From: Octopus vulgaris
Lineage: Eukaryota
Direction: 5' to 3'
Assembly (NCBI GenBank): GCA_951406725.2
Contig: OX597817.1
Span: 85,312,001 to 85,376,000 of the forward strand
DNA length: 64,000 nucleotides
Part shown: positions 26,183 to 39,497 of the stretch, piece by piece
Position numbering within the stretch: position 1 is the first letter of the stretch
Layout of the letters: each line of letters opens with the position of its first letter
The notes under the pieces: model-generated
What the model was told of the DNA's origin: nothing
What the model saw: the letters and a program-made list of their open reading frames with translations, nothing else
Database searches by the model: none
Position numbers and translations under genes: made by a program

Positions 26183-26621
26183 TATAGCAGCCTATAAACT
26201 ATCACCATAGTAGCCTATACACTATTGCAATATAGCATACACACTGTTATCATAGTAGACTATATACTATTGTAATATAGCTTATGTACTGTTACTATAG
26301 TAGACTATATAATATTAACATAGTATCCTATATTTTATTACCATAACAACCTATATACTATTACCATAGTAACCTATTACTATAGTTACCTGTATACTAT
26401 TAAATAGTAGCCTATATACTATTACTATAGTAGCCTGAATTCTCTTAGCATAGTAACCTATATACTATTACTATAGTAACTTAAGTGCTATTAAGATAGC
26501 TGCCTATATATTATCATAGTAGCCTATATACTATTACCACAATAGCCTATATACTTTTACCATACACCATATATACTGTCCCTATAGTAGCCCTCATACT
26601 GTAATCCTAACAACCTGTATA
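26183..26621. repeat. Minisatellite, ~23-bp unit x ~20
   Basis: Consensus atagtagcctatatactattacc with diverged copies. Confidence 0.88.
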
Positions 26622-27380
26622 CAATGAATTTTAATTCTCTTTTAATTCTCCTGGCATTTCTGTGTTTTTTTTGTTTTCCTTGACACTTTGATTAAATGCA
26701 TCATTGTTGTTATCATTACCTTTATTTTTTAATTATTGTTGTTATGTAATGGACTAGCCCCCACCTGCAAAATTTAAAACCTTGTGCCTATAGTAGAAAG
26801 GATTATCTTTATTATCATTATTGATACTTCTTTTACAGTTTACATCCTGATTTCTGCTAATATGTAATGACTATGAAAAGTTCCATTTGAAGCTTAACAG
26901 TTTAGATTCTTAAATACTTCTCATTTTTATTATCATTTAGGAAGAGGTAGTTTGGAAATTAAATGATTTTTGCAGAGAGAAAATTTTTTAAAGATTACCA
27001 AAGAGATAAAATAGAATGTGGATGGTAACTTAAGCAATAAGCTACTTTTGTTTCAGTAAATGTACACGCTGACAAGTTTATAAATAGCTTTGGTGCTTTG
27101 TCTCCCAGTTCTGCAATAATTGCAACTTGTAGCTCAGTTTATATAAATTGTTAGTGCTATATTCTTTTGTCAATGGTCAGTGCGGTGGTGAAACTAAAAA
27201 GCTTAGGCTCAGTAGATTAGTCAAAACTCAAAGCTAAAATTCAGTTCATGAATGGAAATTCTGTTATAAGTCTAAGTTAATCACATGTGTCCAGTATGTC
27301 TGTATGTGGAAGAAAACAAAGTTTTTGTTGGTTGTATATCATGATAACATTGCATATATATATTCAATAGTATTTAACAG

Positions 27381-27598
27381 ACATTGCATCTGTATTGGTA
27401 CTCAGCAGAATCCAGTCAACAAGGAACCAAGATTATCCAGCATGTGTGTCAACGAAAAGAACTGCAAAAGATTACACAACACACATGTCAACCAATGGAA
27501 TTGATTTGGCAAAATATCAGGATTCTATAGCACATATGATAGCCAATAGAATTGTCTTGGCAGAAAATCAATCATATACTGAAAGCTGCTCGAATTGA
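27381..27598 (+). CDS. Possible terminal coding exon (weak)
   Basis: tatttaacAG acceptor followed by a stop-free, non-repetitive frame (x)IASVLVLSRIQSTRNQDYPACVSTKRTAKDYTTH...SCSN*. Phase-1 entry is compatible with the ankyrin exon; RTAKDY loosely resembles ankyrin GxTALDY. No homology confirmation. Confidence 0.22.
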
Positions 27599-28389
27599 AT
27601 TGGCAATGAATCAAAATTTTACAGCACATGTGTTACTTGGTAGAATCAATTTAGCTAAATACTACACTTTACTGCATGACAAGCATGATTTTAATACAGG
27701 GGAATGTTTCATCCTGCACTATTAACAAATAATATAATTAAACTGCAAAATATAATGACTACATGACTAAAATGTGTTGTTAGTAGGACAGATAAATCCT
27801 CAAATTATTATATCAAATGGTTTACTTAAAGCCAGAAATGAGAGCATGATATTTATAACCATAGATGTACAAAGGATATCTTAATAATCACACAAATAAC
27901 AACTGATTACATTTGATTCTATAACCATCAAAGGTCATTTCAGAAACACTTCCTCAAAAATGTTTGAAATTTATTTCAATTATAGGAATTGAAGCATGAA
28001 CTATCGACATATTTAATCCATCAGCATATTTAATGCAATTTTCATAAAATCCTTAAACACATGATACAAATATAAATACAATTTCTATAAGACATCAAAA
28101 TTAATTATGTACAGTTATGTAAATTCCTGCATCAGTTAGTTAGCTCCTTAGTTTTCCCTTCTACTTATTTGTGCATGAAGCATTGCTGCTCAGAATTGCA
28201 TCACAAAGGGAGTGGCTACTACCAAATGAAAATGAATCAAGTGAAAAAACTATTGTTTTTCAAAATGTCTTAAGGTAGTAAAATATTTGAGTAAAGTAAC
28301 AAAATATGACTAAAATGGAAACCAAAAAATTGACAAGGAGGATCCTCATTTTCGGTGTGGTTTAGTCTGGAAGTTGGAACAGAGGGCCC

Positions 28390-29280
28390 TTATAAGCCCT
28401 TTGAAACTTTTGAGATTGATATGATTAATGTTCACTTTGAATAGTTTTAAGGTGCTATAAACGGGAAAAATGTATGTTATAAGGGAATTCCAGAGGAATA
28501 AAATTCTGGGGAGAAAAAAAGAAGGCATTATGGTTTGTGCAGGAACAGGGGTAGGGGGGATAGAGTATGGATTATAAAACAAGGTACAAGTGAGCCATGC
28601 TATTGAACATATGCAGATTACTAGTTTAGAGAAGTAGAGGCTGCTGCTGTAGTAGTAGTAGTAGTAGAATATGCTAAGGGAGGAGACAATGTGCATAAAG
28701 GAACCTTTGCCAATCAGATCATTGCCTTTCTTTTGGATGCAATCTAGGTGTATTTTGAGTATAACATCAACATCACCTGAGAAGTGGAAGAAGTTTTTCA
28801 TAGCTGGTTTTACTTGAGTTTTGTAGGAGCATAGAAAGTGTTCAGAAAGGTCAGGCTTTGTGATGCCGTTTTTGACACATCATGTATGGAGATTGCTAGG
28901 AAAGGTCATCAGAGACTGTAATGTGTAGAATTTGCTGCAACTTTTAGGGATTTAAGTGTATGCCATTCATGAATAGAGAGAATGAGACAAGATTGTTTCC
29001 TTGCAGTCTTCCTCTCTTTGTGCTATTGAAGGATTCAAGATTGTCCTTCCCTCGTGTAACAATGAGTTTAAGATCATTCTTCATGGTGGTAATGCATGTT
29101 TGATGCCAAGCAGCTAGGTCATATTTACATGCAACCAGAAACCAGACACCCTTTTGTTGCATGTTAATACAATCCAGATGCCTTATTCATTCTTTTGCTT
29201 GATAAGTCAGCAAATCAGGTTGTATTCTCAGCCTTCAGAAACATGCCTAGCTATGTCTCAATATAAGATAGTAAACATAC
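28390..29280 (-). mobile_element. Old CR1/L2-group LINE 3' part
   Basis: LDCIQKK..LIG..VSSLSIFY..SFFLPRILFLWNSL..IFP..LKLFKVNIN, the typical C-terminus of CR1/L2/Crack ORF2. Confidence 0.75.
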
Positions 29281-29367
29281 AATGATTTTGTGGGATGTAT
29301 TCCATGTTCCTAAACAATGTTCTAGATTTAACATATCAGCTGTATTGCCGCTCTGATTTTTAAAACT

Positions 29368-30870
29368 TCATCATCATCATCATTTAACATACATTTTCCA
29401 TGCTGCCATGAGTTGGATGATTTGACTGAAAACTGGTAAGCCAGGGAGCTGCACCAGGTTCTGATCTGATTTGCCAAGGTTTCTACAGTTGGATGCCCTT
29501 CCTAATGCCAACCACTCCAAGAGTGTAGTGAGTGTTTTTTTTTTATGTACCACTGGCATGGGTGCCATTGACTTGACACCGACATTGGCCATGACTATGG
29601 TCTCCCTTGGCTTGACAGGTCTACACAAGCACAGTATATTGCCAAAGGTCTCAGTCACCTGTCACTGCTTCCATGAGGCCCAATGCTCAAATGGTGCTTT
29701 TTACATGCCACCGGCATGGGTGCCAGTCAGACAACACTGTCATCAGCCATGACTATGATTTTATTCGGCTCAACAGCTCTTCACAAGCACAGCATATCAC
29801 CCAACATTTGAAGGGTGCTTTTAACAGGCCAGTTATATGACACTGGCATCAGCCATGATTATGATCTCACTAGGCTTGCCGGGTCTTCTCAAGCATGGCA
29901 TATCGCCAAAGGTCTCGGTTGCTTGTCATTGCCTCTGTAAGGCCTAACATTTGGGGACCGTGCTTCACCACCTCGTCCCATGTCTTCCTGGGTCTACCCC
30001 TTCCACAGGTTTCCTCCACCATTAGAGTGTGACACTTCTTCACAGATCTGTCCTTGTCCATACGCATCACATGACCATACCAGCGCAGTTATCTCTCTTG
30101 CACACCTTATCTGATGCCTCTTATGCCTAACTTTTCTCTCAGGACACTTACACTCTGTTATGCATACACAGATATTACACATCCAGCAAAGCATACTAAC
30201 TTCATTTCTTACAAGCTTACACATGTCCTCAGCAGTCACAGCCCATGTTTCACTGCCATGTAGCATGGATGTTCACACATAGGCATCATATGGTCTGCCT
30301 TTCACTCTGAGTGGGGAGGCCCTTGTTGCCAGCAGAGGTAGGAGCTCTCTGAACTTTGCCAAGCCTATTCGTATTCTAGCAGCTACGGTCTGAGAGGATT
30401 CATGCCCGCTACTGACCTGGTCACCTAGGTAATGGAAGCTATCAACTAATAGTTTTTCCCACTGGCATGTGATGGAATCTATCTCCTGTATGTTTTTAGT
30501 GTTAATTGCACCTGTGCACCTTCCACACACAAAAACTATTTTCCCTGTTAACCTTCCTCTGATATTACTGCACCTCTTATATATCCATAACTTACATCGG
30601 GTGCATCTATAGAGTTTTTACCTATGCCTTTTCTACATATCATGCAGGGTCATCTATCTACCTGGAGGGATTTGTGATTTCTCTGCTTTCCTACTTACTA
30701 AGATTTTGGTTTTTGCTAGGTTAACTCTAAGGCCTTTCGATTCTAGACCTAGCTTCCACACCTGAAACTTCTTTAGTTCTGGTAGTGATTCAGCTACAAG
30801 AGCAAGGTCATCAGCATAGAGGAGCTCCCAGGGGCAGCCTGACTTAAATTTCTCTGTTATTGCCTGGAGA
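29368..30870 (-). mobile_element. RTE LINE family A, longest copy (includes YADD and PHD-like insert)
   Basis: Minus reads PWELLYADDLAL..GLRVNLAKTKIL..PCMICRKG..CTRCKLWIYKRC..CGRC..VDSFHYLGD..MLHGSETW..RGRPRKTW, then the UTR. Confidence 0.92.
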
Positions 30871-31600
30871 ACTGCTTATTGCTTAATTAAGCACTACCAT
30901 ATGTCTCATCTATTGACAAATCTAGATGTATGCATTGGGCACATACATACCTACAGCCTGTGTATATAACTTAAGGCACAAAATACATGTATATAAGTGT
31001 ATATGTATAAATGTGTGTTCAATATGCTCATCACTTTACACTAATTTTTTATGCTTGTATTGGTTGGATAGATCTACACTAAAAGATTTGCATACCGCAT
31101 CACAAGACATTACAAAAGTTATTTGAACAACATTTGATGCTGCATTAATTAAGACTGCACCATAGCTATTAGCATCCTCTATAGCAACAGCTGGGAATCT
31201 ATTTTTATACTGTAGTTTATGGAACTTTGGAATCCAAAGTAATTTTGGAAAGCATCTCTTCTCCTACTCCACAATAAAACTGCTTTATTTTCCTATTTCA
31301 AGTACTCACTAGTGGAGTAGTCATGCCCATCACTGAATGTGATCATCAGACAATGGTGGTTTGCTGCGGGGTATCACTGTAGTAGGAAACACTAGACTCT
31401 TCACTTCAACTGTCCTGTGATCATTCATGTAATGACCTATTAGCTTTCAGCACCTAACTACAACTGTTTCCAAGCACCCCATTGATTTTAGAAATCCACA
31501 GCAACAATTTCTCAACTAGCATAGTGGAAGATGCATGATAATTTTCAAGGTACTTTTTCTCAAAAAAAGTATGTCTTCCATGCCTCAAAATACAGCACAT

Positions 31601-31692
<92 letters not shown>

Positions 31693-31759
31693 ACACACAC
31701 ATTTTGTTAAACCTGGTACAGTCATTTTTCATTTCTTGCATGATCATATTCTAAAATTA

Positions 31760-32030
31760 GTAGTCACTACTTCTTGTCAAATCTTCCTTGATCATCCTCT
31801 TCTGCAAGCTCCTTCTACTTGGACTGCTTAGCAGGTTCTTTCTTTTTTCTTTTTTCCATCCATCTGACATCCTTCATTGCACACAAATATCATGCAACCT
31901 TCCTTTTACTCTTGGGAGAAACTTTTTGCTACCAGCAGAAGGCAATAGGTCCTTGAACTTTTTCCACCAGCCTAACATTATCTACTGTACTTTCAGAACA
32001 TACTCTACCTCTGATAACTGTGTGAGTTTA
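31760..32030 (-). mobile_element. Old degenerate RTE family A fragment
   Basis: Minus contains remnants such as WKKFKDLLP and PRVKGRLHDICV, plus a RG-P--W-EV-like stretch. Confidence 0.55.
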
Positions 32031-33289
32031 TGTGTAATCTAAAATACTGTGTGAGGGTGTAAACATTTGTACACATCAAAAAAGAAAAAACAATCACACA
32101 TTCAGACACGAATATATATAGGTATGTGTTATGTTCTTTTCCAGTGTTTCACATGTTCTCATTTACTTTTCAACTATGCATCACTACAAACTATCAAGCT
32201 ATGAATACAAAAACTACTGGAAAGAAAATACTAAATGTCTTCCTGGTTATTTAACTCTAAATTGTAAGAGTATATAACTTTCAACTATTTGAAAAGTGAT
32301 ATGTCGTGTAATGACCTGTAAGTTGAGAAGATGGTATCTATTTCTTGTGTGTGTGTGTGTGTATGTGTGTGCGTGCTTGTGTGTTTGTGTGTGTGTGTGT
32401 GTATGTGTGTATGTGTGTGCATGCTCGTGTGTTTATTCAGGCCCTGCATTTCTCTTTCCTTTTCACTCAATTACCATTATTCTCTCTATCCATTAAGACA
32501 TGAAGTGCCTCTACTTTTGTCATGTTTGTTTGCTTCATTGATTACTAGAGTGTCTGCTTGCTCCATATCACAAAAACTATTGCAGCTGGGAAGATGAAAT
32601 TCTTTCTCCATTAATGATTACTAAGCAAGAAATTTTATATTTCAAAAATTTGTCTTTTCAACAAGTTGAAAATTCCTCATTTAGACATCATATCTTCTTG
32701 TTATTTTTAGCTAAGATTTAATCTTAAAGTTAAAATTTATGGCCAAATAATTTTTATCTGTTTAACTTGTTTCCTTCAACTGAGTCTTAGATATTGGAAA
32801 TACTCCTCAAAATATTCTAGGAATATCTGATTATTTATATTATTTACATAGAGTGTTGGCATTTCTCCCATCCATAAATCATCTGCTTACTTCATGCCTT
32901 AAAGCAATGTGGAATAAGATATTCTTTACTTGAAAAAAAAAAAAAAGACTGATAGAAATTAGCATCAGGAAGAATAACCAATTGTAATACAATGCTTCAA
33001 TACCATATTCATCAAATTCATACCAAGAAAGAAAAATGGATGTAAAATGAATGAACAAACAAAGAATATATTTTGACTATCAATTCTACATAATATTTAT
33101 ATAGCATTTTTTGATTCTATATCCAAAATGTTTGGCTCCAGTTTACTTTTTCTTCATTTAACTTTACCATACATAACTTTTCTACTAGTTAAAAAATTCC
33201 TGTATGAAAATTCAAATTAAAAATTTTAAAAACTCAGAATGTTGTTAACACCAGAAAGAGGTTATTACCTTATTGTACAAGTGTTTATA

Positions 33290-33565
33290 TATTCTCTCCC
33301 TCTCTTTCACCACCTCTCACTCTCCCAACCCCTCTTTCGCACTCTCCTCACCCCTCTCTCTCACTCTCCCCACCTCTCTCTCACTCTCCCCACCCCTCTC
33401 TCTCTCTGCCCCCACTCTCACTAAACTCTCTCCACTCTTTCTCTCTCTACCCCTTCACTCCCTCCACCATCTGTCTCTCCACCCTCTCTCTCTCCACCTT
33501 CTGTTTCTACTCCCTTGCTCCCCACCACTCTCCACTCCACTCCCCCATTCTCTGCCCCTCCTCTT
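33290..33565. repeat. C/T-rich low-complexity tract
   Basis: Almost G-free ctctccccacc variants. Confidence 0.8.
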
Positions 33566-34147
33566 TTTCATAAAGACACATATCCACATTAATATATGTC
33601 ACATGTTTCGAACTCAAAAGGCAATGATAAAATAATATACAAAGAAAACTATCGTGTCTTTATTATTTAAATAAATTTTGTGAAATTCAAAGCTACTATT
33701 AAAAGTATGTGTTAAAATTAATAATTCTCTCAACAACTCACTTCCAATTAATTTTATTTCAATTCCCAAATTTTTCCAATTAATGTATTTGCTGAATTAA
33801 ATAATCAAAAATTCTCTTAATTTATTTCTGATTTTAATATTTACTATTTTGTATCACCATCACCACACCACTAGAACATCCACTAAATGGTTTCCCCCAT
33901 ACAACTTTATAAGCTAACCTCTTACTACCACTCAACATAATAAGCAATCTCAAGTATTTAATTAATAATATCTAATTAATGATTTTAAGAAGAAAGTTGC
34001 TAAAAGTGCAATAAAATACTATGTAACAGTAAATGGCAATTGTTTCAGAAATGTTATACACACATAGACACATATACACACACATACACACATATACATA
34101 TATGTAATATGTATATATATATACACATGCATACACATATACATATA

Positions 34148-34222
<75 letters not shown>

Positions 34223-34574
34223 ATATAAATTACTGATGTGCCAGCAGTGTTTATTTTTCATACTGACCTGTACTATGGAGTATATCCATTTATTTGAAGC
34301 TAACACTAATTATGTGAATTAATTAAATTTACTAGATATATGAGACAATGGTAAATGTCCTTACTATGGACAGTAAAATAAGCATTGGCTAGGATGCCAC
34401 TGTTTCTAGTTTATTAACTTTTGTCACCAATTGGATACTCTACATATTGTAGCCGCTGTGATATTGTATTCAATGCTGCTGTTGTTGGTCTGATTTGTAT
34501 ATTAAATAGATTTTTAGCTGTTAGTTCTGTTACATAAAAAACAGACTAGTAGACAGTGTTTATTTTTCATACAA

Positions 34575-34644
<70 letters not shown>

Positions 34645-34671
34645 TTTCTATCTCTCTCTTTCACTCAGTCT

Positions 34672-34697
<26 letters not shown>

Positions 34698-34702
<5 letters not shown>

Positions 34703-35837
34703 GATGTCGCAAAAAATGTATACACACTTTAAAAGTTGATAACTCAATTTCCATATCTTTTTAGATTTAACCCATTAAAAATAAAGTAAGGAATCAAACT
34801 AAAGCTTATAAATTTGTCCTAAAGTGCTACTGGGAGTCTGAAAACTCAAATTGTAAAGATAGTTTAGAAGTGAGTTTCAGAGAGATCTATTGATACCACT
34901 TACCATCACTTGAACTGAAGATAAGTTCTGGAAGATTGTAGATATTGATGAACCTCTCAAAGCAGGAGAGGGCACTAAAAACATATTGCCTGAATTCATG
35001 AAAATCTGTACAGCAAGTGAGTCGTGAAATAGGGATTTCAAAATCAAGCAACTATTACATTTTAAAGCACTGTTGTTGGAAATATGGCATTCCAAGAATA
35101 GTCCATGCTTTCAATGAAGATGATTCAGACTGAACAGTGATGTTTTGTGAGTGGTGCTTGGCAAGGTGTGTTGCAAAAAAACTGTTTGAAATGATGAGTT
35201 TCCATTTAAATTAAATGACTTGATTAACCACCACAATTCCACCTACTGAGGACCTGTGAATCCACAGATTATGGGAAAACATGATGTGGATTTACCAGCA
35301 GTTGTACCTTATCATCAAAAGAATTAATTGAACCATTCTTTTTTAATGGTACTGTGACTGGTCCCATTCACTTGAACTTACTGTGAGAATCTATCTTGCC
35401 AAAGAGGACTTTGAAGATATGGAGTTTTAATTCCAGCAAGCTACATAGTAATGTAAGGACCTTCCTTGATGAGATTTTGCCAAATAGGTGGACTGGATAA
35501 GGAGGTTCAGTAGAATATCCTCCATGTTCACCAGACCTCACACCACTAGATGCTTTTTAATGAGGATTCTTAAACAAAACCAAAGCAAATTGAGGGCAGC
35601 CATTGAATAAAAAAGCATACTAATGTCAAAAGAAATGTTTCTTGAAGCTTGCAACTCCATTGTTTTGTGTTATCAGAAGAGCCTGGGCCAGAATGATCAT
35701 CAGTTTGAAAACAGATATTCATAAAAGGATTAAATTATGCCTGTAGATTCTATTAAGTTTTGAAAATGAAATGTATTTTAATAAACTCCGACTTTATAAT
35801 CATTCATTGTGTATACTTTTGGGGAGCAGCCCCTTTT
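34698..35837 (+). mobile_element. Degenerate Tc1/mariner-superfamily transposon
   Basis: Imperfect TIRs (cagaggatgtcgcaaaaaatgtatacaca / tgtgtatactttttggggagcagcccct); DE..FKLN..IN.HN..Y, LPNRWTG and YPPCSPDLTPLD motifs. Confidence 0.8.
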
Positions 35838-36189
35838 ATATATATGCAAGTATTACTGATATACCAACATCATTAATTTTTCATATTAATGATTACTATG
35901 AGATATATCCTAAGATCTTCATTAATTTGATTAAATTTGCTAGATACATGAGACAGTGGTTAATATCTAATTTCACTGTGGGTAGTAAAAGAGGGATCAA
36001 CTGGATGATATTGTTTCCTGTTTATTAATCTTCACCATTAATTCAATACCCTACATTTTACAGCACCGGGAAATTGTATTTAAAGCTAGTGTTGTGATTA
36101 TTAAATCAGGAAGACTTATTTAAAATATTAGGTACATTTTTAAGCTGTTAGTTCTGTTATTAGGTCGTCAGGTATGAAATTGGTAGTAA

Positions 36190-36470
36190 GGTATATGGTA
36201 AACTTTGACAGCTGCTCATTTTGCAATGGATTTCTGACAGGAAGCAGATGTGGAAGGTAGGGTCAAAATCAGACATAGTCATTTTGCTACTTTGGCCAGA
36301 GCTTGATTTCGTTCAAGCTCCCATATTATGTCTACAACTTCTTGAATGTTTGACATTTGCTTTACCAAAATTTGCAGCATCAAGTGATTTTAGCTCATGT
36401 TTCAATCCATCTAAATCCAACATGTTTTTATAGACATCCAAAGATGAAAATGCTACCATTGAAAATATTA
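36190..36470 (-). mobile_element. hAT transposase C-terminal dimerization-domain remnant
   Basis: KVAK*LCLILTLPSTSASCQKSIAK*AAVKVY, approximating L.LTLP.TSAS.ERSFS.LK.IK.Y. Confidence 0.6.
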
Positions 36471-36510
36471 AAACTGCAGTTATTAACTTTCTATATTAAG
36501 TACTTTTCCC

Positions 36511-36586
<76 letters not shown>

Positions 36587-36759
36587 GTATACTGATTGTT
36601 AAGTTAGTACCAGAAGTAGGGAATTTAACCAGTTTTAGCATGGAGGAAGAGAACAGATGCTTTCCAGAATTATTTTGGAATCCAGAATTACATAAAACAC
36701 TGTATTAAAATAGATTCATATCTGTTGCTTGAGAGAATGCTAATAGATAGGGTGCAGTT

Positions 36760-37482
36760 TTAGTTTACAATGCATTTGGTGCTGCTCAACAGCTTGTGTA
36801 ATGTGTTGCAATGCAACATACAAAACTTTTGGTGAGAAATTATTGTGAAGTATTAGATCTCACTTTAAATTTCTTGGATAAGCTCAATGATATAAAAGAA
36901 ATTAATACAATGCATGTGTATGATCATTCTATGCTATATACAAATTTAGATTTTAAACTGATAGAATATAGGAAATATAAATTGTGGATTTAGTGTGTGG
37001 TAAAAATTAGAAATACATATCAATAAAAAATGGCAGAGGTTTCTTGACAAAGGCAACATATGGATATACAATGGGAGAATAAAAGAGAAGCTGAAAGAGG
37101 TAACTGATTTTATTATTAATTCATATATTTCATTTACAGATTGTGATTAAACAAGTTTTGGGTATTCCTATGGTTGGGAACTATACTCCTTTATTCACAG
37201 ATTTATATTTATCATCATGTGAGTTTAGTTTTTTTTAATGGTTTACAAACAAAATACAATTGGTTTGATTAAGCAACTAAAGTTAAGTGATTACTGTAGA
37301 TATATATATATATATATATATATATGCACCCACTACACTCTTGGAGTGGTTGGTGTTAGGAAGGGCATCCAGCTGTAGATACTCTACCAGATCAGATTGC
37401 AGCCATCTGGTTTGCCAGTCCTCAGTCAAATCATCCAATCCATGCTAGCATGAAAAGCGGACGATAAACGATGATGATGATG

Positions 37483-37513
<31 letters not shown>

Positions 37514-38060
37514 TTTTTTTCCCTAATTATGGTGAGTTTTAATATTTACTTCATAAAATAAAATGGCAAGCTGGCAGAATCATAAGCACAAAAGGCATAA
37601 TGATGCTTAGAGACATTTTATTCTTCTTTACATTCTGAGTTCAAATTCTACCAAGATTTGCTTTGCTTTTCATTCTTTCAAAGTCAAGTACCAGTTGGAC
37701 ATGGCTCAATGTAATTGACTTACCTCTTCCCCAAAATTGTTGGCCTTGTGCCAAATTTGAAATCAATATTTATTTTGAAAAATGTATCCCAATGATTTGG
37801 AAGTGAACATAAGTGTCTTCAATTTGAAAAATGATGCTATGTATTTAGATAGACAATAGTTACAAACCAATAAACGCTAATGTTTATAATAAAACTAATA
37901 ATTTCAGAGTTTAAGTAGCAGTAATGCCTTATGTATCTAGCTGCAATCCAGAAAAATTAGACTATTGTATTTTCCCTAGTCAAATAATATGGTATGGCAG
38001 AATATATTCTTGCATAATGATTAGGCAAGAATATAGTGGAAATTCTGTTAATTAAACACT
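36760..38060 (+). mobile_element. Penelope-like element RT remnant, interrupted by an RTE tail and a SINE
   Basis: YDHSMLYTNL (approx. FDFSTLYT), KQVLGIPMVGNYTPLFTDLYL, YPNDLEV..AMYLD, VYNKTNNF..MPYVSSCNP..SQIIWYGRI (approx. LYDKRDDF..FP..SNIP..SQL.RYAR). Confidence 0.75.
37325..37485 (+). mobile_element. RTE family A 3' tail
   Basis: gcacccactacactc..aggaagggcatccagctg..cgatgatgatg within (TA)n. Confidence 0.85.
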
Positions 38061-38087
38061 TAAATTGTAGCTTAGGTATGTATATAT

Positions 38088-38309
38088 ACTCTTTACTCTT
38101 TTACTTGTTTCAGTCATTTGACTGCAACCATGCTGGAGCACCACCTTTAGTCAAGCAAATCGACCCCAGGACTTATTCTTTGTAAGCCTCGTACTTATTT
38201 TATCAGTCTTTTTGCTGAACCGCTAGGTTACGGGGACGTAAGCACACCACCATCGCTTGACAAAGCGATGTTGGCGGGGACAAACACAGACACACAAACA
38301 TATACACAC

Positions 38310-38350
<41 letters not shown>

Positions 38351-38484
38351 CATATATACAACAGGTTTCTTTCAGTTTCTGTTTACCAAATCCACTTACA
38401 AGGCTTTGGCCAGCCCGAGGCTATAGTAGAAGACACTTTCCTAAGGTGGTTGGTAAGCAAGCTAGTTACTACACAGCCACTCCT
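38088..38484 (-). mobile_element. CORE-type SINE (same family)
   Basis: Same head and tail as the 61818 copy, head partly deleted. Other copies or fragments: 2905-3235(-), 9050-9290(+), 14510-14662(-), 23420-23690(+), 46770-46905(+), 46920-47056(-), 54390-54535(-). Confidence 0.85.
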
Positions 38485-38617
38485 ATATATTCATACTTTG
38501 AAAGAATTACTGTTATTTCAAGCTTCCTACTGAGTTGTGAATTGAAGTCTGTGAGAAACAGCAAAATCTTTAGAGAAACTGGAATGTAATAAAAAATATG
38601 GAGGTGTAGTGAATGTA

Positions 38618-39497
38618 TATGAGGTTTGATCACAAAGTATTGAGACTGGTGCTATAAAAAGAAAACTACAACACATATCAACTTGGCATTTAATCTCCTT
38701 TGAAGTGGTTCCCTTCTGAAACCACACACTTTGTTTCCATTAATGGAAGCATTCCTGGAACTTCTTTTTTGGGATAGAAAGCAGCTGCCTTATCATATTC
38801 TCTTAGATTTCTTTGACATCTTGAAATTTTGTTCTATTCTAGTGGGATTTGATTTTCAGAAAGAGGAAAAAGTTGCAAGGGGCAAAGTCTAGGGAATATG
38901 GTGGTTGTGGGACCTGGAGAATATTGTGCTTTGCTAAAAATTGCTGCAACCAAAAGTAGTTTTGGCACAAACTTGGCAGACACACATCTCATACTCAAAT
39001 CTTCAGTGACATTGGACTGAACTGAACCATGACTAATGTTCACATCTTCCAAGAACTCATGCACAGTGATTCAACAGTCCTTCTGGACAGCTGTGCACAC
39101 ATCTGTAACGTTTTCATCAGTTCTGGCTGCAGGCCTCCCAGAACATGCATCTCTGACAACATTTTGTAAGCCATCTTGGAAACATTTGAACCATTTGTAC
39201 ACTCACGTCCCACTCATACACTCCTCTCCATATGCTTTCTGCAACTTTTCATAAGTTTCTGCACAGATATCGCCAAGGTTTTGGAAAAATTTGATGCAGA
39301 TTCCTTGCTCAGTTTTCTCAGTGAGACAACCACACACTACACACTTTACTTCCAGGCACTGCTTGAAAGTAAAGTGAGCAAGAACATTATAACTTGGTGT
39401 GCATGTGTGACAGAGTCCAAGATCAGTCTTTGCCAAGCAGCTTCACTCTTCACCATAGTAACAATCCTGATATTTTCTTTTTCTATTAGACTTCTTA
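38618..39497 (-). mobile_element. Mariner transposon, internally deleted
   Basis: EQGICIKFF..AETYEKLQKAYGEECMS HTH, SVQSNVTEDLSMRCVSAKFVPKLL, PQPPYSLDFAPCNFFLF; degenerate TIRs. Confidence 0.85.
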
